DNA of 64,000 nt from an uncultured Methanoregulaceae archaeon (lineage in GTDB: Archaea; Halobacteriota; Methanomicrobia; Methanomicrobiales; Methanospirillaceae): positions 256,001-320,000 of the forward strand of contig CAWJAX010000005.1 of NCBI GenBank assembly GCA_963841015.1, written 5' to 3'. Of the stretch, positions 1-10,841 are shown piece after piece. The notes under the pieces were generated by a model that worked only from the letters and a program-made list of their open reading frames with translations, ran no database searches and had not been told where the DNA came from. Each line of letters opens with the position of its first letter. Position 1 is the first letter of the stretch. Made by a program: the position numbers and the translations under genes.

Positions 1-1
1 T

Positions 2-1324
2 ATCCAGGAACAGGATGAGCTGGATCTCATCGAGCGCATTATTGCGCAGGTTCCCGGAGAGACTATTGTAGTTTCGGCTAAACATATTCCCGGCATGAAT
101 GCCACACGGGATGGGACGCGGTTCCTGTCAGACCCTTCTGTTGAAATTATCAGCGGCAGCCCGGGAACATCCGGCTGTGTGAACGGGACAAGTGATTACC
201 TCCATTATTTCCGTGACCGGTACAACCGTCTGGGAGGTATGATCCGGAGCCGGTGCGGGGCGATGCCAATCGAGGCACTGACCCGGAACACCCGTTACCG
301 TCAGGAAGAATGTACAATCATTGGTATGGTCGTCGAGGTGAAGACCACAACAAACGGTCACCGGATTGCCGAGATAGAGGATTCTTCTGCAAATATTCCC
401 GTGCTCTTCAGAAAAGATCGGCCGGTCTTTTCCGATGCCGAACGCATTATCCCTGACGAAGTAATCGGGGTGAAGGGCAAACTCTCCAATGACGGGAAAC
501 TCTTTTTTGCCGAGCAGCTGTACCGTCCGGACATACGTATCGATAACACCCCCTTTACAAGTGAACAGCCTGGCAAAGCCGTTTTTATCTCTGATGTCCA
601 CGTCGGCAGCGACACGTTTCTTGAAGAGTGCTGGAACCGGTTCGCAGACTGGCTTTCGGATTCTGATTTCTCGTATCTCCTGATTGCCGGAGACCTTGTC
701 GATGGCATCGGTATCTATCCGGGCCAGGAAAGCGAACTGGTGATCAAAAATATCTACGAACAGTATGATGCATTCGGAACAATGATGCGGGACCTTCCCT
801 CCCGTATGAAGATCATCATATCCCCGGGTAACCATGATGTAGTCAGGGGTGCAGAGCCCCAACCGGTGATCCCGCAACAATTTACAAAAAAATTCCCGGA
901 TAACTGCATGCTTGTGGAGAACCCTGCACTCGTCAACCTCCAGGGAGTGCGTGTTCTCATGTATCACGGACGATCAATCGATGACATGATTGGTCTGATA
1001 CCTGGTGCATCATACGATCACAGCGGGCTGATGATGGAAGAGATGCTCCAGCGCCGACATCTTGCCCCGGCATATGGGCGCAGGACTCCCATTGCTGCAG
1101 GAAAAACGGACAGGTTAATTATCGACCCGCTGCCGGAGATCCTGCACACCGGACATGTCCACATACGAGGACTGACGCAGTACAGGGGCGTGCTCGGGAT
1201 TAACGCCGGGACATGGCAGTCACAGACTGCATTCCAGAAACAGATGAACGTGAACCCGACACCAGCGCAGGCAGTAGTAGTCGACTTGCAGACACTGTTA
1301 CCAGAAACCTTTGCGTTTTTATAA
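2..1324 (+). CDS. polB: DNA polymerase II (PolD) small subunit DP1, 5'-truncated by window edge
   Basis: OB-fold followed by calcineurin-like phosphoesterase motifs (SDVHVGS, GDLVDG, PGNHD, YHGRS, HTGHVH). The frame is open from base 2, upstream of the ORF-track ATG at 95. Confidence 0.95.
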   Translation: MQEQDELDLIERIIAQVPGETIVVSAKHIPGMNATRDGTRFLSDPSVEIISGSPGTSGCVNGTSDYLHYFRDRYNRLGGMIRSRCGAMPIEALTRNTRYRQEECTIIGMVVEVKTTTNGHRIAEIEDSSANIPVLFRKDRPVFSDAERIIPDEVIGVKGKLSNDGKLFFAEQLYRPDIRIDNTPFTSEQPGKAVFISDVHVGSDTFLEECWNRFADWLSDSDFSYLLIAGDLVDGIGIYPGQESELVIKNIYEQYDAFGTMMRDLPSRMKIIISPGNHDVVRGAEPQPVIPQQFTKKFPDNCMLVENPALVNLQGVRVLMYHGRSIDDMIGLIPGASYDHSGLMMEEMLQRRHLAPAYGRRTPIAAGKTDRLIIDPLPEILHTGHVHIRGLTQYRGVLGINAGTWQSQTAFQKQMNVNPTPAQAVVVDLQTLLPETFAFL

Positions 1325-1333
1325 AAAAAAAAT
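1322..1333 (-). terminator. Probable oligo-T terminator of the ech operon
   Basis: Long A run on + (T run on -) in the short gap between the convergent DP1 and echF stops. Confidence 0.5.
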
Positions 1334-1339
1334 TGAGTA

Positions 1340-1735
1340 TCATTCGGTTTTTGGACTCTCCGCCATGGCAGGTGCTGGTTCTTTCTTCTTTGGCCCTGCA
1401 ACTGCCACTTTGTAAACTCCGCCACGTGCAGTCAGTGCACCCGGGTAAGCTGGATCCATCGTGAGGCATTTGGTCGGACAGACATCCCCGCAGGAATTGC
1501 AGATCACGCAGCGCATCCGGTCAATCTGCCACGTCTTCTCTTTTACTTCCACGCAGATTGCTCCTGTCGGGCATTTGCGCTGGCATGAACGGCAGGTGAT
1601 ACAGTTTGCAGGATCTATCACGATATGTCCACGGGTTGCCGGGGTCCGTTTTGCGGGCCTGACAGGATACATCAGCGTTGCTGGGCGGGAAAACAGACTT
1701 TTTATGGCCGTTGATGCCATTTTGAGGATTGTCAT
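1340..1735 (-). CDS. echF: Ech hydrogenase subunit F (2x[4Fe-4S] protein)
   Basis: Two CxxCxxCxxxCP motifs and a NuoI-like N-terminus (ATLMYP...RGHI); last gene of the ech cluster. Confidence 0.93.
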   Translation of the reverse strand: MTILKMASTAIKSLFSRPATLMYPVRPAKRTPATRGHIVIDPANCITCRSCQRKCPTGAICVEVKEKTWQIDRMRCVICNSCGDVCPTKCLTMDPAYPGALTARGGVYKVAVAGPKKKEPAPAMAESPKTE

Positions 1736-1741
1736 CGTTCA

Positions 1742-2821
1742 TCACCTCTCCGTGCAACTGATACAGGGATCTATTGACAAAACAATTACCGGAACATCTG
1801 CGAGCTGGCAGCCCTTCAACATCATGACCAGAGGCGGAATGTTGGTGAATGTGGGAGTCCTCACCCTCGATCGAACAAGGTTCTTTTTTCCGTTTCCTTT
1901 GACATAATGGACTACTTCTCCCCGGGGCTGTTCAGCCCGCGAGAAGTATTCACCATTCGGTGCACCGGTAATCTTCACATCAATGGGACCGTCAGGGATC
2001 TTTTTTGCCGCTTGTTCTATGATATCAATGGACGAGAACAGCTCCTGTATCCTGACATTGCAGCGTGCATAACAGTCACCTTCAGTTGCAACTATCGGTT
2101 TGAAGTTGAGTTTCCCATATGCAGCATATCCCGTTTCACGCAGATCGATTGCAACCCCGCTCCCCCTTGCTGTGGGTCCCACCGCGCCGCAGTCGTATGC
2201 ATCCTGCTTTGATAACATACCCACGTTTTTTAACCGGTGTTTCACCGAGCTGTCTTCCAGAAACACCCTGGTGATGGTGTGAATATCTTTTTTAATATCC
2301 TTAAGCCGGAGGAGCATTCCCTCCAGTTGTTCACCGGAGATGTCTTTTCTCACACCCCCGACCTTGCAGGCACTCTGGATAACGCGGCCGCCCGTGGTTG
2401 CTTCGAGTTCATCAAGGATGTGCTCCCGAATCCTCCACGAGTTCATGAAAAGGTTTTCAAAACCCATCCCATCGGCAAAACAGCCAAGCCAGAGCAGGTG
2501 GGAGTGAAGTCTTGAATATTCAGACCAGATCGTTCGCAGGTAATGTGCCCGTTCGGGAACCTCAATTCCCATAATCTGCTCGACACCCTGTACATAGACA
2601 AGGCTGTGGATGAAGCTGCAGATACCGCAGATGCGTTCAGCGATGAAGGTGTATTCAGTAAATTCCCGTTTTTCGACGAGTTTTTCGAGACCCCGGTGTA
2701 CATACCCGATTGACGGGAGAACATCGACCACGGTCTCATCCTCAAGCACCAGGTCAAGGTGGATAGGTTCCGGGAGCACCGGGTGCTGTGGCCCGAACGG
2801 AACGATTATTTGTTTTGACAT
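1742..2821 (-). CDS. echE: Ech hydrogenase large [NiFe] subunit E
   Basis: GPQHP, GYVHRG, RICGICS and C-terminal DPCISCTER Ni-binding motifs; no cleavable C-terminal extension. Confidence 0.96.
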   Translation of the reverse strand: MSKQIIVPFGPQHPVLPEPIHLDLVLEDETVVDVLPSIGYVHRGLEKLVEKREFTEYTFIAERICGICSFIHSLVYVQGVEQIMGIEVPERAHYLRTIWSEYSRLHSHLLWLGCFADGMGFENLFMNSWRIREHILDELEATTGGRVIQSACKVGGVRKDISGEQLEGMLLRLKDIKKDIHTITRVFLEDSSVKHRLKNVGMLSKQDAYDCGAVGPTARGSGVAIDLRETGYAAYGKLNFKPIVATEGDCYARCNVRIQELFSSIDIIEQAAKKIPDGPIDVKITGAPNGEYFSRAEQPRGEVVHYVKGNGKKNLVRSRVRTPTFTNIPPLVMMLKGCQLADVPVIVLSIDPCISCTER

Positions 2822-3186
2822 GGGTTGTCCTCCTTAAAAGTCGGGATGGAAAACGGATATTTTACCGTTGTTTTGTAGAGTGTTCCTTTGAAATCGATAT
2901 TCATTCCTGCAACAGTGATGCCAAAGAGGTCGTGGATCTCATTTTCATAGATGAACGCCCCCCAATAGACTCCGCTGATGCTGGGCACAACAGTATCCTG
3001 TTTGACCATGATCCGAAGATTCTGGAATTTGTAGTTCCTGTCAAATGAGTAATTGATCTCGTAACCTTCTTCAACACCGGTGCAACCGATCTGGACAAGC
3101 CGGTTGCCTTCTTTTTTCATCTTTTCGACATGGGAGACCAGCTCGCTCACATCAATAGGGATGATGGTCTGTTCCTCGATTGTCAT
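2806..3186 (-). CDS. echD: Ech hydrogenase subunit D (NuoC-like)
   Basis: PSISGVYWGAFIYENEIHDLFGI NuoC motif; sits between echC and echE. Confidence 0.92.
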   Translation of the reverse strand: MTIEEQTIIPIDVSELVSHVEKMKKEGNRLVQIGCTGVEEGYEINYSFDRNYKFQNLRIMVKQDTVVPSISGVYWGAFIYENEIHDLFGITVAGMNIDFKGTLYKTTVKYPFSIPTFKEDNPCQNK

Positions 3187-3662
3187 TGTGCTCCGCCTCC
3201 TTGTTGTAATTCCACCGGTTGTTGTTCTTTTATGCCAGACTTTGGTGCATTCAGCTTTGCTTCAAGAATTCCCAGCGCTGTCACAATTCCATCGATGATT
3301 GACTCAGGACGTGCGGCACAACCGGGAACGTATACATCAACCGGGATAATCTTGTCAATCCCACCGGCCACATTATAACATTCCCGGAAAACTCCTCCTG
3401 AGCATGCACAGATTCCAACTGCGACAACAACCTTCGGGTTGGGCATCTGTTCATAGAGATTCCGCACCACTTCACGGTTCTGTTCATTTACCGAACCAGT
3501 GATAACGAAGATATCCGCATGCTTCGGGTTTCCCGTATTGATGATCCCGAACCGTTCCACATCATACATCGGCGTCAGACTTGCGAGAACTTCTATATCA
3601 CAGCCATTACAGCTCGTTGCATCATAATGCAGGATCCAGGGAGATTTTGAAAGATAGGTCAT
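3183..3662 (-). CDS. echC: Ech hydrogenase small subunit C (NuoB-like)
   Basis: SCNGCDIE, GICACSGG and VPGCAARP Fe-S motifs. Confidence 0.95.
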   Translation of the reverse strand: MTYLSKSPWILHYDATSCNGCDIEVLASLTPMYDVERFGIINTGNPKHADIFVITGSVNEQNREVVRNLYEQMPNPKVVVAVGICACSGGVFRECYNVAGGIDKIIPVDVYVPGCAARPESIIDGIVTALGILEAKLNAPKSGIKEQQPVELQQGGGAQ

Positions 3663-3665
3663 TGC

Positions 3666-4523
3666 TCACCCCACCCCCAGATAATAAAGGATGGCAAGAT
3701 TTACCACACCCACTATTGCGGCAATCACCCATGAACTTTTCATGACCAGCTGCCACTTCACCCGTGCACTTGCATTGTCAATCAGCAGTTCAAGCAGGTA
3801 GACGAGGATCACCGCGATTATACCAATTATTGGACTGAATGCAAAGAACAGGTACACGAATCCCAGCAGAAAAACAGTTTCATACCAATGGGACACTTCG
3901 ATAAGGCCCAGGGTAGGACCGGAGAATTCGGTAGTGACTCCTTTCACAATCTCCTGGTGGGCATGATGGGAGGTTGAGATATCAAACGGTGATTTGCGCA
4001 GTTTGATAGTGAGAATATAGATGAACCCTATAAAGATCGCCGGAAGGAAAAGAACCAGCGGTAGTGGATAACTGGCTATGGCACTAACGTTGAAACTTTT
4101 TGTAACGACATACATCCCCACCGCAGCGATAATGACCATCGGTTCATATGCCATAATCTGTAGTAATTCGCGTTCTGCTCCGATATGGCTGTAGGGAGAA
4201 TTTGCTGAGTACGCTCCCAGGACAAGAAATATCTGGGCAAGTGTGAGTGCGAAGATAACCAGCAGGATATCTCCTCCCGCAAAGAAGAGTGCCCCGGTAA
4301 AAATCATGAAGATAAAGTAACTAATCACGTAGAAGCGCTGTGCATCGTTTGCAACAGTCTTTTCTTTCTCAAAGAGTTTGCCGACATCATAGAATGGCTG
4401 GAGGACCGGTGGCCCGACCCGCCCCTGCATATGTGCAGTTATCTTGCGGTCAATACCCGCAATTAATCCTCCGATTATTGGTGCAAGGAGTATGAATGCG
4501 ATAAACCCTACAATCGAAATCAT
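3666..4523 (-). CDS. echB: Ech hydrogenase membrane subunit B (NuoH-like)
   Basis: DRKITAHMQGRVGPP and KSPFD...EIVKGVTTEFSG motifs; hydrophobic. Confidence 0.94.
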   Translation of the reverse strand: MISIVGFIAFILLAPIIGGLIAGIDRKITAHMQGRVGPPVLQPFYDVGKLFEKEKTVANDAQRFYVISYFIFMIFTGALFFAGGDILLVIFALTLAQIFLVLGAYSANSPYSHIGAERELLQIMAYEPMVIIAAVGMYVVTKSFNVSAIASYPLPLVLFLPAIFIGFIYILTIKLRKSPFDISTSHHAHQEIVKGVTTEFSGPTLGLIEVSHWYETVFLLGFVYLFFAFSPIIGIIAVILVYLLELLIDNASARVKWQLVMKSSWVIAAIVGVVNLAILYYLGVG

Positions 4524-6424
4524 ATTATTGCCCCCGCATACGCTGCTGTAAGAACCATGATACCGATTAGTCCGGTGCAGAGATAGATGCCAAGAGTCTG
4601 AAGTTTGACTTCCCCAAACCAGGAGTTTATATAATAGTTGGAGAGTTTCATATCCCGCTTCAGGCCAATTGCTCCGTAGAACGACATGTCCGCATTGGTT
4701 GTCATACCACCCATATAGGGGGTAAGATGCCGGTGCTTGTGGCGTGGCAGGAGGATGCTTAAGGGCAGGAGCACGATCATGAAGAGCATCATGATCATGA
4801 TGATGATATTGTCCTGTGACAACTGGGTTACATTTCCATAATTCTGCAACAGGAATGGCTCGATGAGTGTGCTCGAAATCGCCGGGAAGATGAAGCAGGT
4901 TATCGCTGTCAGCCCCGCAAGGGATATCAGTGCAATCCAGATATTCGAATCAATGCGTGTTTCGAGATTCTCCTGTTCCGGAGTGACGACTAAAAGCCGC
5001 CCCATCCATTTTGCCCAGAAGAAAAGGGTAAGTGCACTGCCAAACGCAAGAATAATGACAAATACAAAACCGTACGGTGCATCAATAAATGCCTGGATCG
5101 CTGCCCATTTTGATATCAGCATACCGAACGGGGCAAGGAACATGCCGGCAATACCAATGACCATCATTGCGGCAATCCTTGGCATCCGCATGACCAACCC
5201 GTTCATATCCTCAATATCACGGCTCTCAATCTTGTGTTCAACCGTTCCGACGGATAGGAACAGGAGGGATTTGGAGATGGCATGGAAGATGATCAGGAGA
5301 ATTGCTGCCCATATCGCTTCATAGGTACCGATACCGGCACAAGCTACGATAAGACCGAGATTTGCAATGGTTGAATAGGCAAGAACACGTTTTGCATTAC
5401 TCTGGGAGATGGCAATCCCGGAAGCGAGGAGGAATGTAAGTGCACCAATAAACGCAAGGACATAGCCGGAAAATGTCGCCTGGAAAATGGGGGCAAGACG
5501 TACAACGATATAGACACCGGCCTTTACCATCGTGCTGGAGTGCAACAGTGCCGATACCGGTGTCGGCGCGACCATTGCCCCGACAAGCCAGGAAGAAAAG
5601 GGCAGCTGGGCTGCTTTTGTCAGGCCGGCAAATCCTATGAGGACAACGGGGATAAGGACGATGGCTTTACCTGAAGCAAGCACTTCATTTAGTCCCATAA
5701 TCCCGCCTCCCTGGGATGCGAGATACAGAATAGCAACTGCAAATGCAACCCCGCCAAGCAGGTTCATCCACAGCGCAGTAAAGGCATTTTTTGTGGCCTC
5801 TTCCGTTTTTGTATACCCGATCAGGAGGAACGAACAGAGTGTTGTGATTTCCCAGAAGAAATACACCCAGAGAAGGTTATTGGAAAAAACCAGACCGAAC
5901 ATAGCAGAGAGGAACACAAACATAATGAAAAAAAATACATTACGCCGATCCTGCAGTTCCTTGTGATGCTCATGGAAATCCTTCATGTAACCCAGAGCAT
6001 ATACGCAGATCAGACTCCCGATGATGCCAATAATCAGAGCCATGATGATCGAGAACTGGTCGATAAAGAGCGAGTACTTCACATCGATGGTGTGAGCGTA
6101 CACCCCCTCAAAATAAAGCATAAGTGAGGATATCAGAAGCACCAGACCGATGACAAGATAATTCTTGAATTTTATACCAAGGTACAGGAGAAAAACTGCA
6201 ATAATTATCTCGATAAAAAACATGAAACGGCCTATTGATTCGGCGTCAAACGAGTAGTATAGCGTTCCTTTGCTGTACTGGCTCACAAGAAGAATAATTG
6301 TCACCGCACCGATACCCAGTGCAGACAGTTTTACAATCCAGTTGCGTTCTGCGTCTTTGCGCACAAGAAGCATAAAGAACGCTGTGATAAGCGGTCCCAA
6401 AATGAGAAATAATAAAAGTTGCAC
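4520..6424 (-). CDS. echA: Ech hydrogenase membrane subunit A (NuoL/MrpA-like)
   Basis: KAAQLPFSSWLVGAMVAPTPVSALLHSSTMVKAG antiporter motif. Likely start is GTG at 6424 behind GGAGG (ORF track extends to 6484). Confidence 0.94.
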   Translation of the reverse strand: MQLLLFLILGPLITAFFMLLVRKDAERNWIVKLSALGIGAVTIILLVSQYSKGTLYYSFDAESIGRFMFFIEIIIAVFLLYLGIKFKNYLVIGLVLLISSLMLYFEGVYAHTIDVKYSLFIDQFSIIMALIIGIIGSLICVYALGYMKDFHEHHKELQDRRNVFFFIMFVFLSAMFGLVFSNNLLWVYFFWEITTLCSFLLIGYTKTEEATKNAFTALWMNLLGGVAFAVAILYLASQGGGIMGLNEVLASGKAIVLIPVVLIGFAGLTKAAQLPFSSWLVGAMVAPTPVSALLHSSTMVKAGVYIVVRLAPIFQATFSGYVLAFIGALTFLLASGIAISQSNAKRVLAYSTIANLGLIVACAGIGTYEAIWAAILLIIFHAISKSLLFLSVGTVEHKIESRDIEDMNGLVMRMPRIAAMMVIGIAGMFLAPFGMLISKWAAIQAFIDAPYGFVFVIILAFGSALTLFFWAKWMGRLLVVTPEQENLETRIDSNIWIALISLAGLTAITCFIFPAISSTLIEPFLLQNYGNVTQLSQDNIIIMIMMLFMIVLLPLSILLPRHKHRHLTPYMGGMTTNADMSFYGAIGLKRDMKLSNYYINSWFGEVKLQTLGIYLCTGLIGIMVLTAAYAGAII

Positions 6425-6846
6425 GCGATGTCCTCCCTCTTTGAAATATGGGTATTTTTCATTATTAATCATATTGAATTGCACCCGATTTTGTATTTCA
6501 TTCTAAGATTTCAGACGAAACCTGAGAAAGACGGATTTACGTAGAGAAAATCCTGATTAACTTGTGACCATAGAGAGGAAGAGTTGGAAAAAATCTTTTA
6601 AATGATAAATGTTTAATGGTTGAAAAATGAACTAATAATCTCTAGGGATGGATTATGGATATGTGGGGCAGAGTCCCGATGCCATTGTTCTTCCTTTGGG
6701 TCATTTAAGCAGATTACTGCCTGTACCAATTATCTTACCTGATGGATTAGTCCGTGTATTCGCATAAGTGATGATATTCAAATGGTTCATGTGCATTGTT
6801 CCTGTCACAAAAAGAATTCCGGGCAACGTTGGAGGGAGATTAAGGA

Positions 6847-8890
6847 ATGTTTGAACTCGCAATAGTTATTGGAATAAGTGTTTTCGCACTCGTCCTCGCG
6901 GCAATACTTGCGCGTAGTGTCCTAGCACAGGATGAAGGTACGCCTAAGATGCGTGAGGTCTCCGATGCGATCAGGGTGGGTGCAGAGGCATTCATCAAAC
7001 GACAGTACTCGACAATCGCCATTCTGGCAATCGTACTTGCCGTTGTAATCTTTGGGGTTTATTTCCTCACAGGACAGCAGGGACTTGCTACCTATACGGC
7101 ACTTGCGTTCATCGTCGGGGCGACCTGTAGTGCACTTGCCGGTATTATCGGCATGTCTGTTGCCGTAAGGACAAATATCCGCACGGCAGCAGCAGCCCAG
7201 ACCAGTGACGGAAAGGCGCTTGACATCTCGTTCAGAGGCGGTGCAGTATCGGGTCTTACCATCACCGCGCTGTCGCTTCTTGGTGTCTCCCTTACCTACT
7301 ATGCACTCGGTGCAGACCCGCAGACCACCCCCTTCATTATTGTCGGATTCGCCTTTGGTGCCTCGTTTGTGGCACTCTTTGCCCAGCTCGGTGGCGGGAT
7401 CTATACCAAGGCCGCCGATGTCGGTGCAGACCTTGTCGGTAAAGTCGAAGCCGGCATACCTGAAGATGACGTCCGGAACCCGGCTGACCATCGCTGACCT
7501 TGTCGGGGACAATGTCGGGGATTGTGCCGGCCGTGGCGCTGACCTGTTCGAATCCACAGCTGCCGAGAATATTGGTGCCATGATCCTCGGTATCGCACTC
7601 TTCCCGGTCTTTGGTGCTGCCGGTGTTCTCTTCCCGCTTGTCATGTGTGCACTGGGTCTCCTTGCCAGCATGATCGGTATCATCTGCGTCCGCGGAAAGG
7701 ACGGCGCAGACCCGATGGATGCAATGAACTTAGGGTATGATATCACAGCAGCCATCTCTGTCGTGTTCTTTTACATTGGCACCATGTGGCTTCTCGGGAA
7801 CATCTGGTTCTTTTACGCAGGTATTGTCGGTATCGTGTTATCCGTTGCATTCCTCCGGGTAACCCTGTATTATACGGACCACCACTATCGCCCGGTACAG
7901 GAAATTGCCGATGCATCGGAAACCGGACCAGCGACCAACATCATTACCGGTTTCTCGGTCGCTCTTGAGACAACCGCTATCCCGGCACTCCTTATTGGCG
8001 GTTCCTTACTCCTCTCCTTCTGGCTCGGTGCCCAGAGTGGTATCCCGTTCGGAGGTCTCTATGGAACTGCAGCTGCAACCATCGGAATGCTCATGGTCTG
8101 TGCCTACGTACTTGCCATGGACTCCTTTGGCCCCATCGCTGACAACGCCGGGGGTATCGTTGAGATGAGCCAGGCACCGGAATCCGTCCGCAAGAGGATG
8201 GACAAGCTCGACGCAGCCGGCAATACAACAAAGGCACTCACCAAAGGATATGCCATAGGCAGTGCTGCACTCGCAGTCTTCCTGCTCTTAAACGCTTACA
8301 TGTCCGAAATCAGCCATCTCATCCACCAACCCTTTGAAGTCATAAATGTTGCATCAATCCCGGTATTTGTCGGCGCCCTGTTCGGAGCAATGCTCATCTT
8401 TGTCTTTGCTGGCCTTGCCATCCGTGCAGTTTCCAGGACCGCACAGTATGTGATTGAAGAGGTCCGTGTCCAGTTCAGGGACCCGGGTATCATGGCCGGG
8501 ACCAAGAAACCCGACTATGCCCGTGTGATCGATATCACTACCCTCGGTGCACTAAAGAATATGGTGCTGCCTGGTGCAATTGCCATCGCGTTTCCCATCA
8601 TCATCGGCGTGACCATGAAATATGAAGCCCTTGCAGGGTTTCTGGTGGTCGGCACAATCACCGGCATACTCCTTGCATTGATCCTCAACAACGGGGGTGG
8701 TGCCTGGGACAATGCCAAGAAATACATAGAATCCGGCGCCCATGGCGGCAAGGGCAGCGAAGCGCACAAAGCGGCAGTTATTGGTGACACGCTTGGTGAT
8801 CCCTGCAAAGACACTGCTGGACCATCCCTTCACGTGCTCATTAAGCTGCTCGCAACGCTCTCGCTCGTGCTCGCGCCACTTTTTATTTAA
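6847..8890 (+). pseudogene. hppA: Membrane-bound proton-translocating pyrophosphatase, split by a 1-nt insertion near 7485 (probably a sequencing error)
   Basis: ORF 6847-7497 ends GGIYTKAADVGADLVGKVEAGIPEDDVRNPA. The next frame continues TIADLVGDNVGDCAG...GNTTKA...GGAWDNAKK...GDPCKDTAGP. Confidence 0.92.
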
Positions 8891-8982
8891 TAAATCTTTT
8901 TTTCTTGTTTCTGATTCAGATTTTCAGGAAAAATGATCCTGGGATACCCGACAATCATGTATCATTAAAATACGGATAATAC

Positions 8983-9787
8983 TCATGGATCCCCCTTCAG
9001 CATTCTCTCGTCTTCTGCAATCCATTTTTCCAGTTTCCGGATACCTTCCTCAATATCCTTAATCCGGGCTTCGGTTTCCGCAAGTTGGGCGGATGCCTGT
9101 GCTGCCTTCTCAGGGTTTTCACAGGTAGCGAGAAATGTGCGTATATGGCCCCTGCCGATCTTGAAATTCTCAAGAGCGCCAGCCGCTTTCCGGTAACGCT
9201 CATTATTGGCCTCAAGATTCTTCCGGACACGGGACCCTGTTTCCGATTGCTGCCGGAGCTTTCCCGCTTTTATCGACACCCATACAGCGTCGTGGGTTTT
9301 GCGGATCTTCTGGATGTGATCAAAACAGGATTTTTTGTGTTTTGCAATCATCTCGTGCTTGAATTTCCCCAGTATATCACCGGCATTTTTGAGGGTCTGC
9401 CCACGTTCAACCAGTTCGTGGATCTCCGGCGCCGGGGCATCGATTGGGAGCCGTGCCTGCTCCACCAGATTCATAATTTTATCAAAATGTCCCTGCGAAA
9501 GGGATTCCAGCGTCCCGTACTCGGTCTTTTGTTTCTCCTTAACTTCCCGGCAGAGGTCATGAAACTGTTTCCAGAGCAGATCCCGGTCACTCTTCGCAAG
9601 CGGCTTTCAGCTCTTTGAATAACGAGGTGATGAGTTTTGCCTGGTTCCAGAAATCCTGGTATTTTGTAATGAGAGGGAGATTATTCCGTATTGGATTGGT
9701 TAAAACCGAGAGTTTTTTGTTCTCCCGGTCAAGGAGTTCTGCATTTTTATGTGCGTTTTTGAGCCAGGGATCATCTTCAGGTTTCAT
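8983..9787 (-). pseudogene. Hypothetical coiled-coil protein split by one extra base near 9605-9607
   Basis: Removing one A joins ORF 9587-9787 (..FKELK) to PLAKSDRDLLWKQFHDLCREVKEK.. and into ORF 8983-9474. Confidence 0.65.
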
Positions 9788-9958
9788 AAAAAAAAATCTC
9801 GAACGTTTTGGTCTATGAATTAGTGTATCTGTACTGCCAGTCGGGTTTTAAATGATACCCGATACCTGATACCAGCAATCCCCGCACGGTATTTCACGCA
9901 GGGATACTCGATAACTGACCTTCACTCCTATGAGAGGTATATACCCGGTCAATCCCCT

Positions 9959-10141
9959 TCAGGTCACACTTTTCAGATCGACATTCATATCAGTAGAAAT
10001 ACGCGAATATCTTTTCGGGTTCTCTTCAAACTTCTGTTTGCACCAGTTGCAGCAAAAGTAATACATCTGGTCTTTGTACATACTGGTGAATTTAGCATCT
10101 TCTTCATCAACAATCATCAGACAGACAGGATCGGTAGACAT
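9959..10141 (-). CDS. YHS/TRASH domain small metal-binding protein
   Basis: DPVC...YYFCCNWCKQKFEENPKRY motif. Confidence 0.88.
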   Translation of the reverse strand: MSTDPVCLMIVDEEDAKFTSMYKDQMYYFCCNWCKQKFEENPKRYSRISTDMNVDLKSVT

Positions 10142-10468
10142 AGTGAGTTGCCTCGTTAGCTTGTAATAGAATCGGGTGTGTTTCCTTAAGTGTTATCGCC
10201 TATTATGATCCGGAATTCTGTTTATCCAACAATAAACGGTATCATCCAGGTGTTCTCCCGGTGGCATGTTTTTCAAATCGGCGGTAATAGTGGATTACAG
10301 GTTGCGGACTCATATGAGCTTTGAAGAATGATGGATATCACCCGCTTTGAGAAATTACGGGTGTTCCCAGAGAAGATTTTGGAATCATGTCTTCTGAGAT
10401 TTCGTAAAATTTTATTATATAATTTCATTCGTTGGAATGAATCGTGCCGGGTGTCCTGACAAACCAGT

Positions 10469-10657
10469 TTAACACGAAGCCCCGCCTGGGCCAATATTAA
10501 CATCTGATGGGATTTGCGAATATCTCTGTGGATTTTCATCAAACTTTTTTTTGCAGTAGTTCGTGCAGAAATGATACTTCTGACCTTTGTATGTGCTTGT
10601 GAATCGGGCCTCATCGTCATCAACTATTGCAAAACAGACAGGATCGGTAGCCATCAT
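10469..10657 (-). CDS. YHS/TRASH domain small metal-binding protein (paralog)
   Basis: DPVC...YHFCTNYCKKKFDENPQRY motif. Confidence 0.88.
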   Translation of the reverse strand: MMATDPVCFAIVDDDEARFTSTYKGQKYHFCTNYCKKKFDENPQRYSQIPSDVNIGPGGASC

Positions 10658-10802
10658 TTATCCCTGATACTCCACATTATCTGCACTTGTTTTTAAAAAT
10701 TGTGCCAATAACTGAAAGGCAGGTCAGTACTTGAGGCAGTCCAAAAGGGAATTATCAAATAGTGCTGACATTTGAAAGATACAGAGAGTTTCAGGCCGAT
10801 CA

Positions 10803-10810
10803 TTTATAGA
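10803..10810 (+). promoter_or_regulatory. Putative TATA box of the flavodoxin gene
   Basis: TTTATAGA about 30 nt upstream of the ATG at 10842. Confidence 0.45.
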
Positions 10811-10841
10811 GGGCCTGCACAAAATACGGTAAGGACCACCC

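Noticed and set aside
7495-7497. TGA ending the first hppA ORF as possible selenocysteine/readthrough
   Set aside because: Conserved sequence continues in a different frame, so this is a frameshift rather than stop recoding.
8955-9862. Short inverted similarity (GTATCATTAAAA / TTTTAAATGATAC) flanking the coiled-coil gene, suggesting a mobile element
   Set aside because: Only ~12 imperfect AT-rich bases, no target-site duplication and no transposase.
10273-10623. 116-aa ORF overlapping the second YHS gene
   Set aside because: It is an alternative frame of a motif-supported gene with no recognisable features.
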